From sequence record MT680615.1: a stretch of 40,000 nt of DNA; one strand, written 5' to 3'. The position numbers and the translations under genes are program-made. This document shows, piece after piece, positions 8,919 through 17,803 of the stretch (its first letter is position 1; the number at the start of each line of letters is the position of its first letter). Below the pieces are notes generated by a model that searched no databases, was not told the origin of the DNA, and saw nothing but the letters and a program-made list of their open reading frames with translations. This DNA is from Proteus phage PmP19.

Positions 8919-11855
8919 CTATACCGAAAGTGTTCCCACTCGGGAGTTCTCAGTTAACTTACTAGGCCCATTCACCTGTAACCAGCCGTCTTTGCCAATC
9001 TTGGATGCCAGGCCTTCACGGAGGAAGTTGGCAATATCAGCAGAGGCGAACTTGGCATACATGGAGCCATCTTTATCGGTGCGCACTTGGGTAATCTTGG
9101 GCATACCAGATGCAGCCATAGCCATGTTGTAGGCCTCAGCTCGACGACGCAACAGACCTGGGCTACGTGCTCCCTTGGTATAGTTGGTGTCCAGCATGTT
9201 AATGAAGCCCTCAGTGAAGCGACCTGCCTTGAAGTCAGCATAGGCCTTCGGTGAATTGGCGATACCTTGCTTGCCCAGGTTGTAGGACAGGTCAAGGATA
9301 CCACGCTGCACGCCAGGGTGCATGGAGTCAAACGGCACAGCCCAACCACTGGTAGACGGCTGGTGTGCCTTGATGTCCTGCTCCAGCAGCTGACGGGCGC
9401 GAGCCGGGGTTAGCTCGGACTGGCCTTGGCGGAACGGTACTTTCTCATCACCGATAGTGACATACCCGTTACGTTTCTCTTCTTCTGTCAGGAGGTGACC
9501 AAAGCCAATGTTATCACCACCTTCGTCGCGGTAGACGGAGTACGTCCCAGCCCGTGGGTCAAACCCAGCGTTGATGGAGTTCTCCGCCTTGGCGACATAA
9601 TCATAAAACATGTTTTGGTTCTCCTTATACCCAAACTCGAAGTTACTTGGTAGGTTAGCGCCATCTGCGAATGCAGGTGACATGAGGAAAGAGCTAATAC
9701 CAATCTTTCCAACGTTCTTGGCGGTCACATCCTTGGGGTCCTTGACGGTAGTAGGGCTAATGCCCCAGGAACCCATCTTCACCTGCTGCTCACGGAAGGC
9801 TTTGTTGCCGTCATCACGAGCCTTGACCTCTGACTCATAATACTTCTTGAGCAGACCCTGGGCCTTAATCTCAGAGAGAGGCATGGCTGGTGTGACAGGG
9901 GTACGCCCGGAGCCAGCGCGGATGGTGAACAAGCCACGCTTCATATCCACATCGAAGTACAGGTCTTTCTCATCCATACCACCAGATGCATCCAGTAATG
10001 CCTGCTTGTTGTCATTGAGATACTGACGGAGGGCAAGAGGCATATCCTTCTGGTTGGTCTTGAGTGCCTCACCCAGACCACGCACATCACCCTTAACCAG
10101 AACACCAGAGGTAAAGAAGCCCTCAGACAGCTGGGAATACTGACCCTTGAGGTACTCAGTGAGGTGCCGCTTGATGGTGTCATTGTTGTGGCCTGCCACC
10201 TTCATAGCACGGGCAATCTCGCCTGCATCCTGGAGCATCAAGTCCTTACCCATGTCTGACATGTTGTCACCACGGGTTAACCAAGATCCACCTGCGACAT
10301 CGCTTACCACGCCATCCACATCGCTGTTCAGCTCTTTGAGGACACTGGAGGGAAGCTTGTCACCCTGGCTCGCTGCCTGTGCGAACTCCACAGCCTGCCC
10401 TGGGTTGTACCCCATACGGGTTGCTCTCTCATAGTTCTCAGCGAAGGCATACTCCTTGTCGCCCATCACCGCACGCCGTGCATCCTCTGGGATTGCATCA
10501 CGAGCCTGCATCAAGGTCTTCATGGCCTCTGGCTCAGCCTTCATATCCTTGAGGTTGGCCGAAGACATAGACATCAACGCCTGGTATCTGTCGGTAATGT
10601 TAGGGTCTTTGATAAGCTGCTCACCCAGCTTGGCGTAGCGGGCGCGCTCATACTTACCACGGATAGCCTCTGCCGCCTCACCAGTTGCCCCGGTCTTGAG
10701 GATTTCATCATCAGCGAGCTTGGTATACACACCAGAGATTGCCTCGGCATAACTCTTGCGGTCCTTGTCGCTAATATCCTGCAAGCCGAGAGGTGACCCA
10801 CCTTCTCCTCGCTTAACAAGGTCAGCCAGCTGAGCCGTCTTGGCATGCTGCTTAGCTACGTTGTTAAACAGGGTGGTGATCTCCCCATCAGACCATGCGG
10901 TGCCGCCAGAGAGCTTATTGTGATTCTCCATAATCTGGAGCATCTCATCCTTGCTCAGCTCACCGTTTGTGTATGCCTCAATGGCTGCGTTCTTCTTCTC
11001 GAACAACTCAACCTGATTAAGGCTCGCCCAGGTTCTGTTGGCGCTAATCTCACCAGTCATGAGCTTACCGTTACGCTCATAGAGGGATACGCCATCTTTG
11101 TCCTTGAGGGACTTGGTTGCCTCAATGAAAGAGGAATCACCAATGGAAGCCTTGCTCAGTGCCACGTCAGCCACCATAGCCTCATACTCTGGCTTGGTCA
11201 GCTGCATGGTCAGAGCTTCCTGCTGGAGCTGGTGGAGGGCCTCATTAAGGGGTTCACCAGAAAGACCTTTGGTCACCAGGAGAATGCGAGATTGCATTGA
11301 CTGCGCACGCTCAGCACCCTCCCGCTCCAGCTTGGCACTCTGCCGTGCAGCAAACACCTTGGGCTGCTGCTCCATGAATGCGTTGGTGATAATCTTGCCA
11401 GTCTCTTTGTCAGCACCCAACCCTGGGTACTTCTGGATTACCGTATCCTGAATGGCGTTGCGGGACTTGACCACATGCTGCTCCCACTCGGCATCATCAC
11501 CAGTGAATCGCTTGGCGTCCTCCTGGAGCTGAGCTGTGGATGCAATCACATCATTCTGCAACTGCACCAACATGTGAGCACGAGTGCCGCCAACGGTGGC
11601 CTCATCGCTCGGGAGAAGACCACGGAGTGCTCGGTCATACTGGACAACCTTGTCATCCTCAACACTCCGATTCATGATGTCGGTAGCCAGGCCTGCTACT
11701 GAGCCAGCAGCGTTAAACAAGTCATCCACAAAGTTACCTAAGCCAGGTTGGGGTTGCGGGGTGCCAACCTGGATTGCTTGAGTGGCAGACCCACGGGGTC
11801 CACCTGTTGATTGGACAGGGGCCAACCCCTGCACTGCTTGGCGCTCAATAGCCAT
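8919..11855 (-). CDS. Internal virion protein with C-terminal lysozyme-like (GH24-type) domain, 978 aa
   Basis: C-terminal AKAENSINAGFDPRAGTYSVYRDEGGDNIGFGHLLTEEE...GVQRGILDLSYNLGKQG...FKAGRFTEGFINM...GLLRRRAEAYNMA resembles phage lysozymes. Confidence 0.8.
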   Translation of the reverse strand: MAIERQAVQGLAPVQSTGGPRGSATQAIQVGTPQPQPGLGNFVDDLFNAAGSVAGLATDIMNRSVEDDKVVQYDRALRGLLPSDEATVGGTRAHMLVQLQNDVIASTAQLQEDAKRFTGDDAEWEQHVVKSRNAIQDTVIQKYPGLGADKETGKIITNAFMEQQPKVFAARQSAKLEREGAERAQSMQSRILLVTKGLSGEPLNEALHQLQQEALTMQLTKPEYEAMVADVALSKASIGDSSFIEATKSLKDKDGVSLYERNGKLMTGEISANRTWASLNQVELFEKKNAAIEAYTNGELSKDEMLQIMENHNKLSGGTAWSDGEITTLFNNVAKQHAKTAQLADLVKRGEGGSPLGLQDISDKDRKSYAEAISGVYTKLADDEILKTGATGEAAEAIRGKYERARYAKLGEQLIKDPNITDRYQALMSMSSANLKDMKAEPEAMKTLMQARDAIPEDARRAVMGDKEYAFAENYERATRMGYNPGQAVEFAQAASQGDKLPSSVLKELNSDVDGVVSDVAGGSWLTRGDNMSDMGKDLMLQDAGEIARAMKVAGHNNDTIKRHLTEYLKGQYSQLSEGFFTSGVLVKGDVRGLGEALKTNQKDMPLALRQYLNDNKQALLDASGGMDEKDLYFDVDMKRGLFTIRAGSGRTPVTPAMPLSEIKAQGLLKKYYESEVKARDDGNKAFREQQVKMGSWGISPTTVKDPKDVTAKNVGKIGISSFLMSPAFADGANLPSNFEFGYKENQNMFYDYVAKAENSINAGFDPRAGTYSVYRDEGGDNIGFGHLLTEEEKRNGYVTIGDEKVPFRQGQSELTPARARQLLEQDIKAHQPSTSGWAVPFDSMHPGVQRGILDLSYNLGKQGIANSPKAYADFKAGRFTEGFINMLDTNYTKGARSPGLLRRRAEAYNMAMAASGMPKITQVRTDKDGSMYAKFASADIANFLREGLASKIGKDGWLQVNGPSKLTENSRVGTLSV

Positions 11856-12524
11856 TTACCCTCCTAATCCAGATGAATACTTACGGGAACTATCCCATGC
11901 ATCTTTAAGTGAACTTGCAGTCTTGGCACCACCCACGAATGCAGATGCCGCTGAGCCAACACCAGATACCAGAGATGCAAAGGCAGAAGGTTTCTCGAAA
12001 GACCGCATCTGCATCTGGCCTCCCGTTCGGATAGCCTTGGCTTGGTTGACGAATGACTGTTGCTGATTCTCATAGTTGCGCACAATGGTGCTCTGGTTTC
12101 TCCCTGCTTGACCGTTGAGGTCACTGAGCATAGAAGAGATAGATGCACCGCCAGTGCCAGAGGCACCAGCAAGCAACTCCACCTGAGCACGTTGTTGCAG
12201 AAGACTAACCTGGTTATCAATAAGCTGCTCACCATACTCCTGGTTAGCCGCCGTCTGGGCCTGCCCGAGCTGCCTGTATTGCTCTCGGGTGTTAATCATC
12301 TGCTGCTTCCACTGCTCGTTCTGTTGCTTGCGCAATGCTTCGGCCTGGTCGCCTTGACCCAGGAAACCTGTGAGCGAGCTGAGCAGAGAACCACCCATCG
12401 CCAGCAGGCCCCCGCCCATGCCACCACTACCACCCAATGCGCTTATGGCACTCCCGGCGACACCACTGGCCCCCAAGGAACCAAGGGCGCTGGAACCCAT
12501 AGCTGCTAATCCTGCTATTGCCAT
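11856..12524 (-). CDS. Internal virion protein, 222 aa
   Basis: Position between the lysozyme-bearing core protein and tail tubular protein B; Gly/Ala-rich N-terminus followed by a Gln-rich coiled segment. Confidence 0.65.
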   Translation of the reverse strand: MAIAGLAAMGSSALGSLGASGVAGSAISALGGSGGMGGGLLAMGGSLLSSLTGFLGQGDQAEALRKQQNEQWKQQMINTREQYRQLGQAQTAANQEYGEQLIDNQVSLLQQRAQVELLAGASGTGGASISSMLSDLNGQAGRNQSTIVRNYENQQQSFVNQAKAIRTGGQMQMRSFEKPSAFASLVSGVGSAASAFVGGAKTASSLKDAWDSSRKYSSGLGG

Positions 12525-14914
12525 TATACCCTCTTTCTGGTTGGGTTATAGGAACCACTCCACTCAATGTCCCTGAGCTGGAACGTGTGAGGTGAAATGG
12601 AGATGATGCGGTACTCCACATCCGTACTCAGTGCTCTGAGTGGGAAAGAGAATGTACCACTTGTGGGCTTGACGTAACCCACCACGTTGTTCCTGGCACC
12701 GCCAACCCTGTTGGATGCCTTGGCGACCCTTACGGCACCAGACTTCCTGTTAGTAATCTCCACAGTAAAGTCAGGATACCTGTCAAGGTTCAGGTGAACC
12801 AGTCCAATAACAGGGACGTCCTGATAGGAAACCCTGTCCTGGCTGTCACGGATGATGACATCTGTAGGCACGAACTCTACCTTGTACATCTGACCAACCT
12901 TAGCTGCCCAGATTTGGGAGGTGTCACCAAGTCCGTACTTAGTTGATATTACACGGGTGCTGGGGTTGTATTCGAATAAGAAAGCACCGCCAACATACGC
13001 CGGGTCGCCATTAGTCAACACAGCCTCAAGCATCTCAACCTGAGTAGGAACCCAGGGCAGAGGAGATGACTTCCAAGATAGCGTGGCCTCATCCCATGTG
13101 AGGCTGACGGTTACCGTGCGGTCCATTCGAACCTGGTCGGAGCCAGACAGTAGTGGGTCACCCATATACATCGCCTCAAGGAAGACACCATCATTGCGCT
13201 TGATGATGAGATACAGGGTCTCACCAGAGTAGTACAGGCCACCTATGGTTGCTCCGTAAAACTCCCACTTGTGCCACGCAGATTGCACCTTGTCTGTCCC
13301 CTGCCATAGCCAGTCATAGACAAAGACCCGACTGCGGTTATCCTCAGACAGAGCAAACAACCTGTTAAAGTTGGTGCTGCTTGCCATATGGTAGATGCCA
13401 CCGCGTATCAACTTGTTGACATGGCTGGTTACTGGCTGGGCCTTCTTGGTGTCCGAATAAGAGTCCGTATAGAACTCGCGGATGTTCGAATAGGCGCCAT
13501 CCTTGGTAGCGAACATCACAGCCTCACCAGTAACCACCGGGGCTACATTGGTGTCAACCTCAAAGGTTGTGGTGGGGCGCAACAGTGCGGTTGCCTTGGT
13601 CAGTGGCTTGTCACCAGGTAAGATGAATTGAGCGTTGTCTGAGAACAACACCGTATCGCCATCCAGGACCTTGGCATGCTTGAGGGCATACACCTCGCTT
13701 GCATCTGCAAACACATCAATCGGGTCCGTATCCACAGCTGACAATACTGTCTGCCGGAAGAACTGGAAGAAGTAAGATGTGCGAGACATAATGCAAGACT
13801 CTCCAGCTGCCAGGCATAACCTGTTTTGCACCATGAAGATATCACTGAGGCTCTGGTCAACAAAGGAGGGCATTGGGTTGGTCAGCTCATCACCCACCGC
13901 CCGGTCATCCCAATAACCTTGCTTGATGGTGAACTGAGCGATGCCGCCAACAATATTGGTGCGCTCAATGATGTACGGCATGGTTGTGCCATCAAAACCA
14001 AGCACCTCATCTGCACCCAGGGTTTCCTGCCAAGTGACAAGGTTGCCATCAGATGCCTCGGCCTTGAGCCAGTAGCGAGACTCTGGTTTGCTTCCGGTAG
14101 GCCAGACCTGCACCAGGTAACCAACAGGGGCCTTGCTAGGAAGCAGGTCTGTCGAAGTCACCTTGTACTGGATAGCCACCAGGTCTTTACCCTTAGAGCC
14201 ATCCTCTGTGTCAACCGTGAAGTTTGCACCATCATTACGCTTAATAACAATAGTCGTCCCAAGGCGAGACACTGTGTAGTCAGAAACACCCGCCCAAGTT
14301 AACAGGTTGGTGTAGAGCTGCTCTGCAATAACCTCAGTCCTGATTGTCTCAACGTCACTGGCACTTCCACCAGATGCTGTCTTGTACTCAGCCGCCTTAA
14401 CACCATTAATGATAATCTGGTAGTTAGTCCCGTACTGACCATACGCACTGAATACCAGGGCAGTGCCACCAACAGCTGGGGTCTTATCTGCCCTTGCTCG
14501 AACAATCTTCGTTCGGTTAACCACAAAGGTAGTGTCACCTACAGTAAAGAATTTGTAGTCAACCCGAGGGTTGCTACTATTGAAGTAACTGGCAGCACCC
14601 TCTGTTTCCGTTACGGTACACTTGCGTCCTTGCTTGTCGAAGATATCCGGGATGCCGAGTGGGTTGGTTATCATCCAGTATTCTTCTACATCATCACCTC
14701 GACGATAATGATGGATATTGGTATTGTCCTGGATAAGGCCAAGGTCGCCAAGTCTTGCAATGTGCACCGTGCCTGGTCGGCTCTTGGTTCCCTCTACCAC
14801 ATCCATACTACAGTTGATTGCATCGGTGCACTGACCAGGTAGCCTCACAGATGCAGGCTGCTGGCTGATACCTTGTATCTGCCGACCTAACGAGCCTTGA
14901 ACTTCCATTACCAC
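12524..14914 (-). CDS. Tail tubular protein B (nozzle), 796 aa
   Basis: MEVQGSLGRQIQGISQQPASVRLPGQCTDAINC...GTKSRPGT is a characteristic TTPB N-terminus (internal start at about 14908). Confidence 0.9.
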   Translation of the reverse strand: MVMEVQGSLGRQIQGISQQPASVRLPGQCTDAINCSMDVVEGTKSRPGTVHIARLGDLGLIQDNTNIHHYRRGDDVEEYWMITNPLGIPDIFDKQGRKCTVTETEGAASYFNSSNPRVDYKFFTVGDTTFVVNRTKIVRARADKTPAVGGTALVFSAYGQYGTNYQIIINGVKAAEYKTASGGSASDVETIRTEVIAEQLYTNLLTWAGVSDYTVSRLGTTIVIKRNDGANFTVDTEDGSKGKDLVAIQYKVTSTDLLPSKAPVGYLVQVWPTGSKPESRYWLKAEASDGNLVTWQETLGADEVLGFDGTTMPYIIERTNIVGGIAQFTIKQGYWDDRAVGDELTNPMPSFVDQSLSDIFMVQNRLCLAAGESCIMSRTSYFFQFFRQTVLSAVDTDPIDVFADASEVYALKHAKVLDGDTVLFSDNAQFILPGDKPLTKATALLRPTTTFEVDTNVAPVVTGEAVMFATKDGAYSNIREFYTDSYSDTKKAQPVTSHVNKLIRGGIYHMASSTNFNRLFALSEDNRSRVFVYDWLWQGTDKVQSAWHKWEFYGATIGGLYYSGETLYLIIKRNDGVFLEAMYMGDPLLSGSDQVRMDRTVTVSLTWDEATLSWKSSPLPWVPTQVEMLEAVLTNGDPAYVGGAFLFEYNPSTRVISTKYGLGDTSQIWAAKVGQMYKVEFVPTDVIIRDSQDRVSYQDVPVIGLVHLNLDRYPDFTVEITNRKSGAVRVAKASNRVGGARNNVVGYVKPTSGTFSFPLRALSTDVEYRIISISPHTFQLRDIEWSGSYNPTRKRV

Positions 14915-15633
14915 CTCCAGGGTCTTACAGGGTATCTGTCATACGGTGAGTGATCAAACCCTGCTGTGTTGTTAGGCCCTCCCGCCATAATGCCGAAGTT
15001 TCTCTGAGTTGGGTTGTGTACCAACATGTTGAGTCTGTTCTGCTTAGACTCTTCCACCTGCATTCCGGTGTGAAGGTTAGCCGCCATTTGCATGTGCATC
15101 TGCAACTTGGTCTGGTCTGCATCCTTGGATACGATAAACTCAGCAGCTGCCTGGTAAGCAATAGCTTGCAGGACATTAAGCGGCATGTGCTCAAATGGAA
15201 GCATCAGCATCAGGTCTAACCAAATGAAACCATCTTGGCCTACCAGTGGTGACACATCAAATGAGTGCAGAATGGTGGAGTACAAGCGTCCAGCACGGAT
15301 TGTGATATCAATCTTGCGGGTGTTAAGCGTGTACGCCTGGAGTACCTGCAAGGTGTTATTAGGCAGCACCACCTCTCCATTTGAATCCGGGGCGAAGGAC
15401 CAGCGAGGCTCCCGGTTAAACCACCAACCTTTACCATCATTATACTGTAATCGCTGGGACACAATATCAATCATGGTGTCTGCATCTTCTGCATCGAGGT
15501 CGCCAGAGGTAAGGTTGTCAACCCCACTGCGCCCAATGGCACGCATGCAGAGATTGACGGCATCCAGCTTGGTGCTCAGCGAGTTAAACTGAGACTCCGC
15601 CATGATGCTTGGGGTATCACTTTGAATTGGCAT
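14908..15633 (-). CDS. Tail tubular protein A (gatekeeper/adaptor), 241 aa
   Basis: MPIQSDTPSIMAESQFNSLSTKLDAVNLCMRAIGRSGVDNL...; AAAGGAGAG RBS upstream of 15633; synteny. Confidence 0.85.
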   Translation of the reverse strand: MPIQSDTPSIMAESQFNSLSTKLDAVNLCMRAIGRSGVDNLTSGDLDAEDADTMIDIVSQRLQYNDGKGWWFNREPRWSFAPDSNGEVVLPNNTLQVLQAYTLNTRKIDITIRAGRLYSTILHSFDVSPLVGQDGFIWLDLMLMLPFEHMPLNVLQAIAYQAAAEFIVSKDADQTKLQMHMQMAANLHTGMQVEESKQNRLNMLVHNPTQRNFGIMAGGPNNTAGFDHSPYDRYPVRPWRW

Positions 15634-15744
15634 TATCTCTCCTTTCAGCCACAGACACAGGACCTGTTGCCAGGACATAGCACCAGAAGCCAGCAAACAG
15701 GAGTAAGGTAACACAGAGTAAATAATACATGTTCCCTCCTAAGC

Positions 15745-15778
15745 AAAAGAACCCCACCCCTCAGATAGAGAGATGGGG
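15745..15778 (-). terminator. Strong intrinsic terminator downstream of the major capsid gene
   Basis: Minus strand CCCCATCTCTC-TATCT-GAGGGGTGGGG-TTCTTTT: 11-bp stem with G-U pairs, then a T-rich tract; analogous to T7 T-phi. Confidence 0.85.
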
Positions 15779-15784
15779 CTTGTG

Positions 15785-16876
15785 TTAGCTTACCGCTTTG
15801 GTCAGGATAACCTTGCGGTTCGCACGTTTGGTAACGACGGTGTCGTCAGAGCCAGAGCCGCTCGGAGCACCAGTAGTGCCATCGCGTGCAGTGGTGACCA
15901 CAGACACAGCTTCCCAGCGGTCCGGGATTGCACCTTCTGCCAGGTAGGTGTCGATGTAGTAGGTCTTCTCCTTCTTCTCCCAGAAGATGTCGCCAGTCAG
16001 CTCAATGGTGCGACCGACCAGCAGTGCATCCATAGAGAAGATTACCGCCACAGCGCCAGCCATCGGTGCGGTGGTGTCATAGCGGAAGCCGTTATCGGCA
16101 TTGGACAGCTTGTGGTGCGGAGCCGTCTGAGAGAATTTCGGGAAGCGGTTGGACGGAACAACCGGGACGTTGAAGGATTTCAGAGCGAAGCCCTGTACCG
16201 TGCTTTCGTCAGCCAGGGTATAGCTGCGGTCAACGATACGATCCATGTCACGCAGTGCGTTGAAGAACTTCCACGGCATCAGGATGACCAGATCGGAGAT
16301 GTCCACTTCCTGCTCCAGCTGCTGCTCCAGCGCATACTCAATAGCAGCGGCCAGATATTGCGGGGAGGTTTCAGCGGTATCCGCCGTGATGTTCACGTTG
16401 ATGGAGAAGCCATGACCAGGCACGCGCGGGTTGGTGCGCAGAGCTTTGGTGTTGCTAATACCACCCAGCAGCAGCTGCTGCACAACCATCTCATCTTCCA
16501 GGCGCTTAAGCTGCTTGGCCTGGTTTACAGCGATCTTCGGCTTGAGGCTGTCGATGTCACCCTGGACATCATGCAGCATTGCTACCGTGTTACGGGCGAT
16601 AACCGTGGTGTCGATGACAACCTGGTTTTTATCGGCCTTGGTCGGGGTAGCTGCCGGAGACTGGCCCGGTGCCAGAACCTGGATTTCAGTTTCACCCAGG
16701 TACTTGTTGGATACGGTGTTGGTGCCAGTTACCGTTTCAACCTGGAAGTGGCTCAGCAGGTTCTCGCCTTTCAGATACTGCTCGCGCACCTTGCCGTTAA
16801 ACTTTTCGATCAGAAGACTGTCAACCTCACCGGAGTGGGATACGGCAACGTTAGTCAGTACGTTAGGTGTAGACAT
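15785..16876 (-). CDS. Major capsid protein, 363 aa
   Basis: Follows scaffold, preceded by promoter and followed by terminator; MSTPNVLTNVAVSHSGEVDSLLIEKFNGKVREQYLKGENL resembles T7/SP6 capsid N-termini. Confidence 0.88.
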   Translation of the reverse strand: MSTPNVLTNVAVSHSGEVDSLLIEKFNGKVREQYLKGENLLSHFQVETVTGTNTVSNKYLGETEIQVLAPGQSPAATPTKADKNQVVIDTTVIARNTVAMLHDVQGDIDSLKPKIAVNQAKQLKRLEDEMVVQQLLLGGISNTKALRTNPRVPGHGFSINVNITADTAETSPQYLAAAIEYALEQQLEQEVDISDLVILMPWKFFNALRDMDRIVDRSYTLADESTVQGFALKSFNVPVVPSNRFPKFSQTAPHHKLSNADNGFRYDTTAPMAGAVAVIFSMDALLVGRTIELTGDIFWEKKEKTYYIDTYLAEGAIPDRWEAVSVVTTARDGTTGAPSGSGSDDTVVTKRANRKVILTKAVS

Positions 16877-16906
16877 TATTTCTCCTTATAAACTATTGAA
16901 ATAGTA

Positions 16907-16931
16907 GGGAATTACGAATGCCGCGATTCCC
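16907..16931 (-). other. 5' leader hairpin (GGGAAT...ATTCCC) of the capsid transcript
   Basis: 6-bp inverted repeat directly downstream of promoter 16934..16954. Confidence 0.55.
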
Positions 16932-16933
16932 TG

Positions 16934-16954
16934 CTTCTATACTCGCCACTATTA
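16934..16954 (-). promoter_or_regulatory. Phage promoter-like motif upstream of the capsid gene
   Basis: TAATAGTGGCGAGTATAGAAG, identical to the 1649..1669 copy. Confidence 0.88.
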
Positions 16955-17803
16955 GAGGCCGCGAGCCATCCCGGCGCGACGACGTTCATCCAGTGCCTTC
17001 TCGGCAGCAGCTGCCCCGGCACGGTCGCCTTTAAACTTGGTGCTCAGCTCAGCGATGGCCTTCATGTATTCCGCAGAGGACAGAGGTCCGTTCTCGTTGG
17101 ATACGCGGGCTGCATCGGCTTGGATGAGGGTAACCGACGGGTCACCTTGCGCTGCCGCACGGCGAGCCTCCAGGTCCTTCACTGCCAGCTGCTGGAAGTA
17201 CATGTTGCCAGAGCGCATGCTCTCGTTGAACTGCTCCAGCTCCTCATCGCTGAGGGTCTCCAGAGCGAATTGCTCCAGGCGGGACCAGCCTTCATCACCG
17301 CCAACAGTGGCAGACACCAGGCCATAGCGCTCGGTATCCGCAGCTTGGCGCTGGGCTGCTTCCCGCTCCTGGGTAGCAAAGAAGTTCTCGTTGGTGGCCT
17401 TGAGGCCAGACAGGTAGGCATCAACTGCGAATTTGCCAAAGGCTTCATAGAGCTTGCCTTTGGTTTCTTCTGACAATTCAAACTTACCTTCTTTGCTATA
17501 AAGCTCGGCAGCAATTGCCTTGGCATCCAGACCCTTCTCGCTGAGGGCTGCACTGACATCTTCCGGGATGTCGATGCTTACACTTACGTCACCGAAGAAG
17601 TATTCCGGTTCTTCCACGGGCGCGGCGTCATCTGGCTGAGGTTTACCATCCTCTCCGCCATCTCCTTGTTCGCCTTCCGGTTTCTGCGATCCATCACCGT
17701 TCGGCTCATCAGCTCCCACAGGAGGTACAGTATCAGGAGAAGTATCAACAGATTGCTCATTGGGCACCTCAGTAGTGATTTCAGTAGTAATTTCAGGTTC
17801 CAT
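16952..17803 (-). CDS. Scaffolding protein, 283 aa
   Basis: Acidic, Pro/Glu/Asp-rich N-terminus; located between portal and capsid. Confidence 0.85.
   Translation of the reverse strand: MEPEITTEITTEVPNEQSVDTSPDTVPPVGADEPNGDGSQKPEGEQGDGGEDGKPQPDDAAPVEEPEYFFGDVSVSIDIPEDVSAALSEKGLDAKAIAAELYSKEGKFELSEETKGKLYEAFGKFAVDAYLSGLKATNENFFATQEREAAQRQAADTERYGLVSATVGGDEGWSRLEQFALETLSDEELEQFNESMRSGNMYFQQLAVKDLEARRAAAQGDPSVTLIQADAARVSNENGPLSSAEYMKAIAELSTKFKGDRAGAAAAEKALDERRRAGMARGL

Noticed and set aside
12670-12725. Possible additional partial copy of the dyad motif near CCAACCCTGTTGGATG
   Set aside because: Arms only partly match and spacing differs; inside the tail gene and indistinguishable from chance.
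12060-14302. Several plus-strand ORFs of 77-158 aa (e.g. 12060..12509, 13826..14302)
   Set aside because: All lie inside strongly supported minus-strand tail genes; no independent evidence.
15773-16891. 372-aa plus-strand ORF antisense to the capsid gene
   Set aside because: It mirrors the capsid gene nearly end to end, has no sensible RBS or recognisable protein motifs, and crosses the capsid promoter/terminator context on the wrong strand; an antisense shadow of biased codons.
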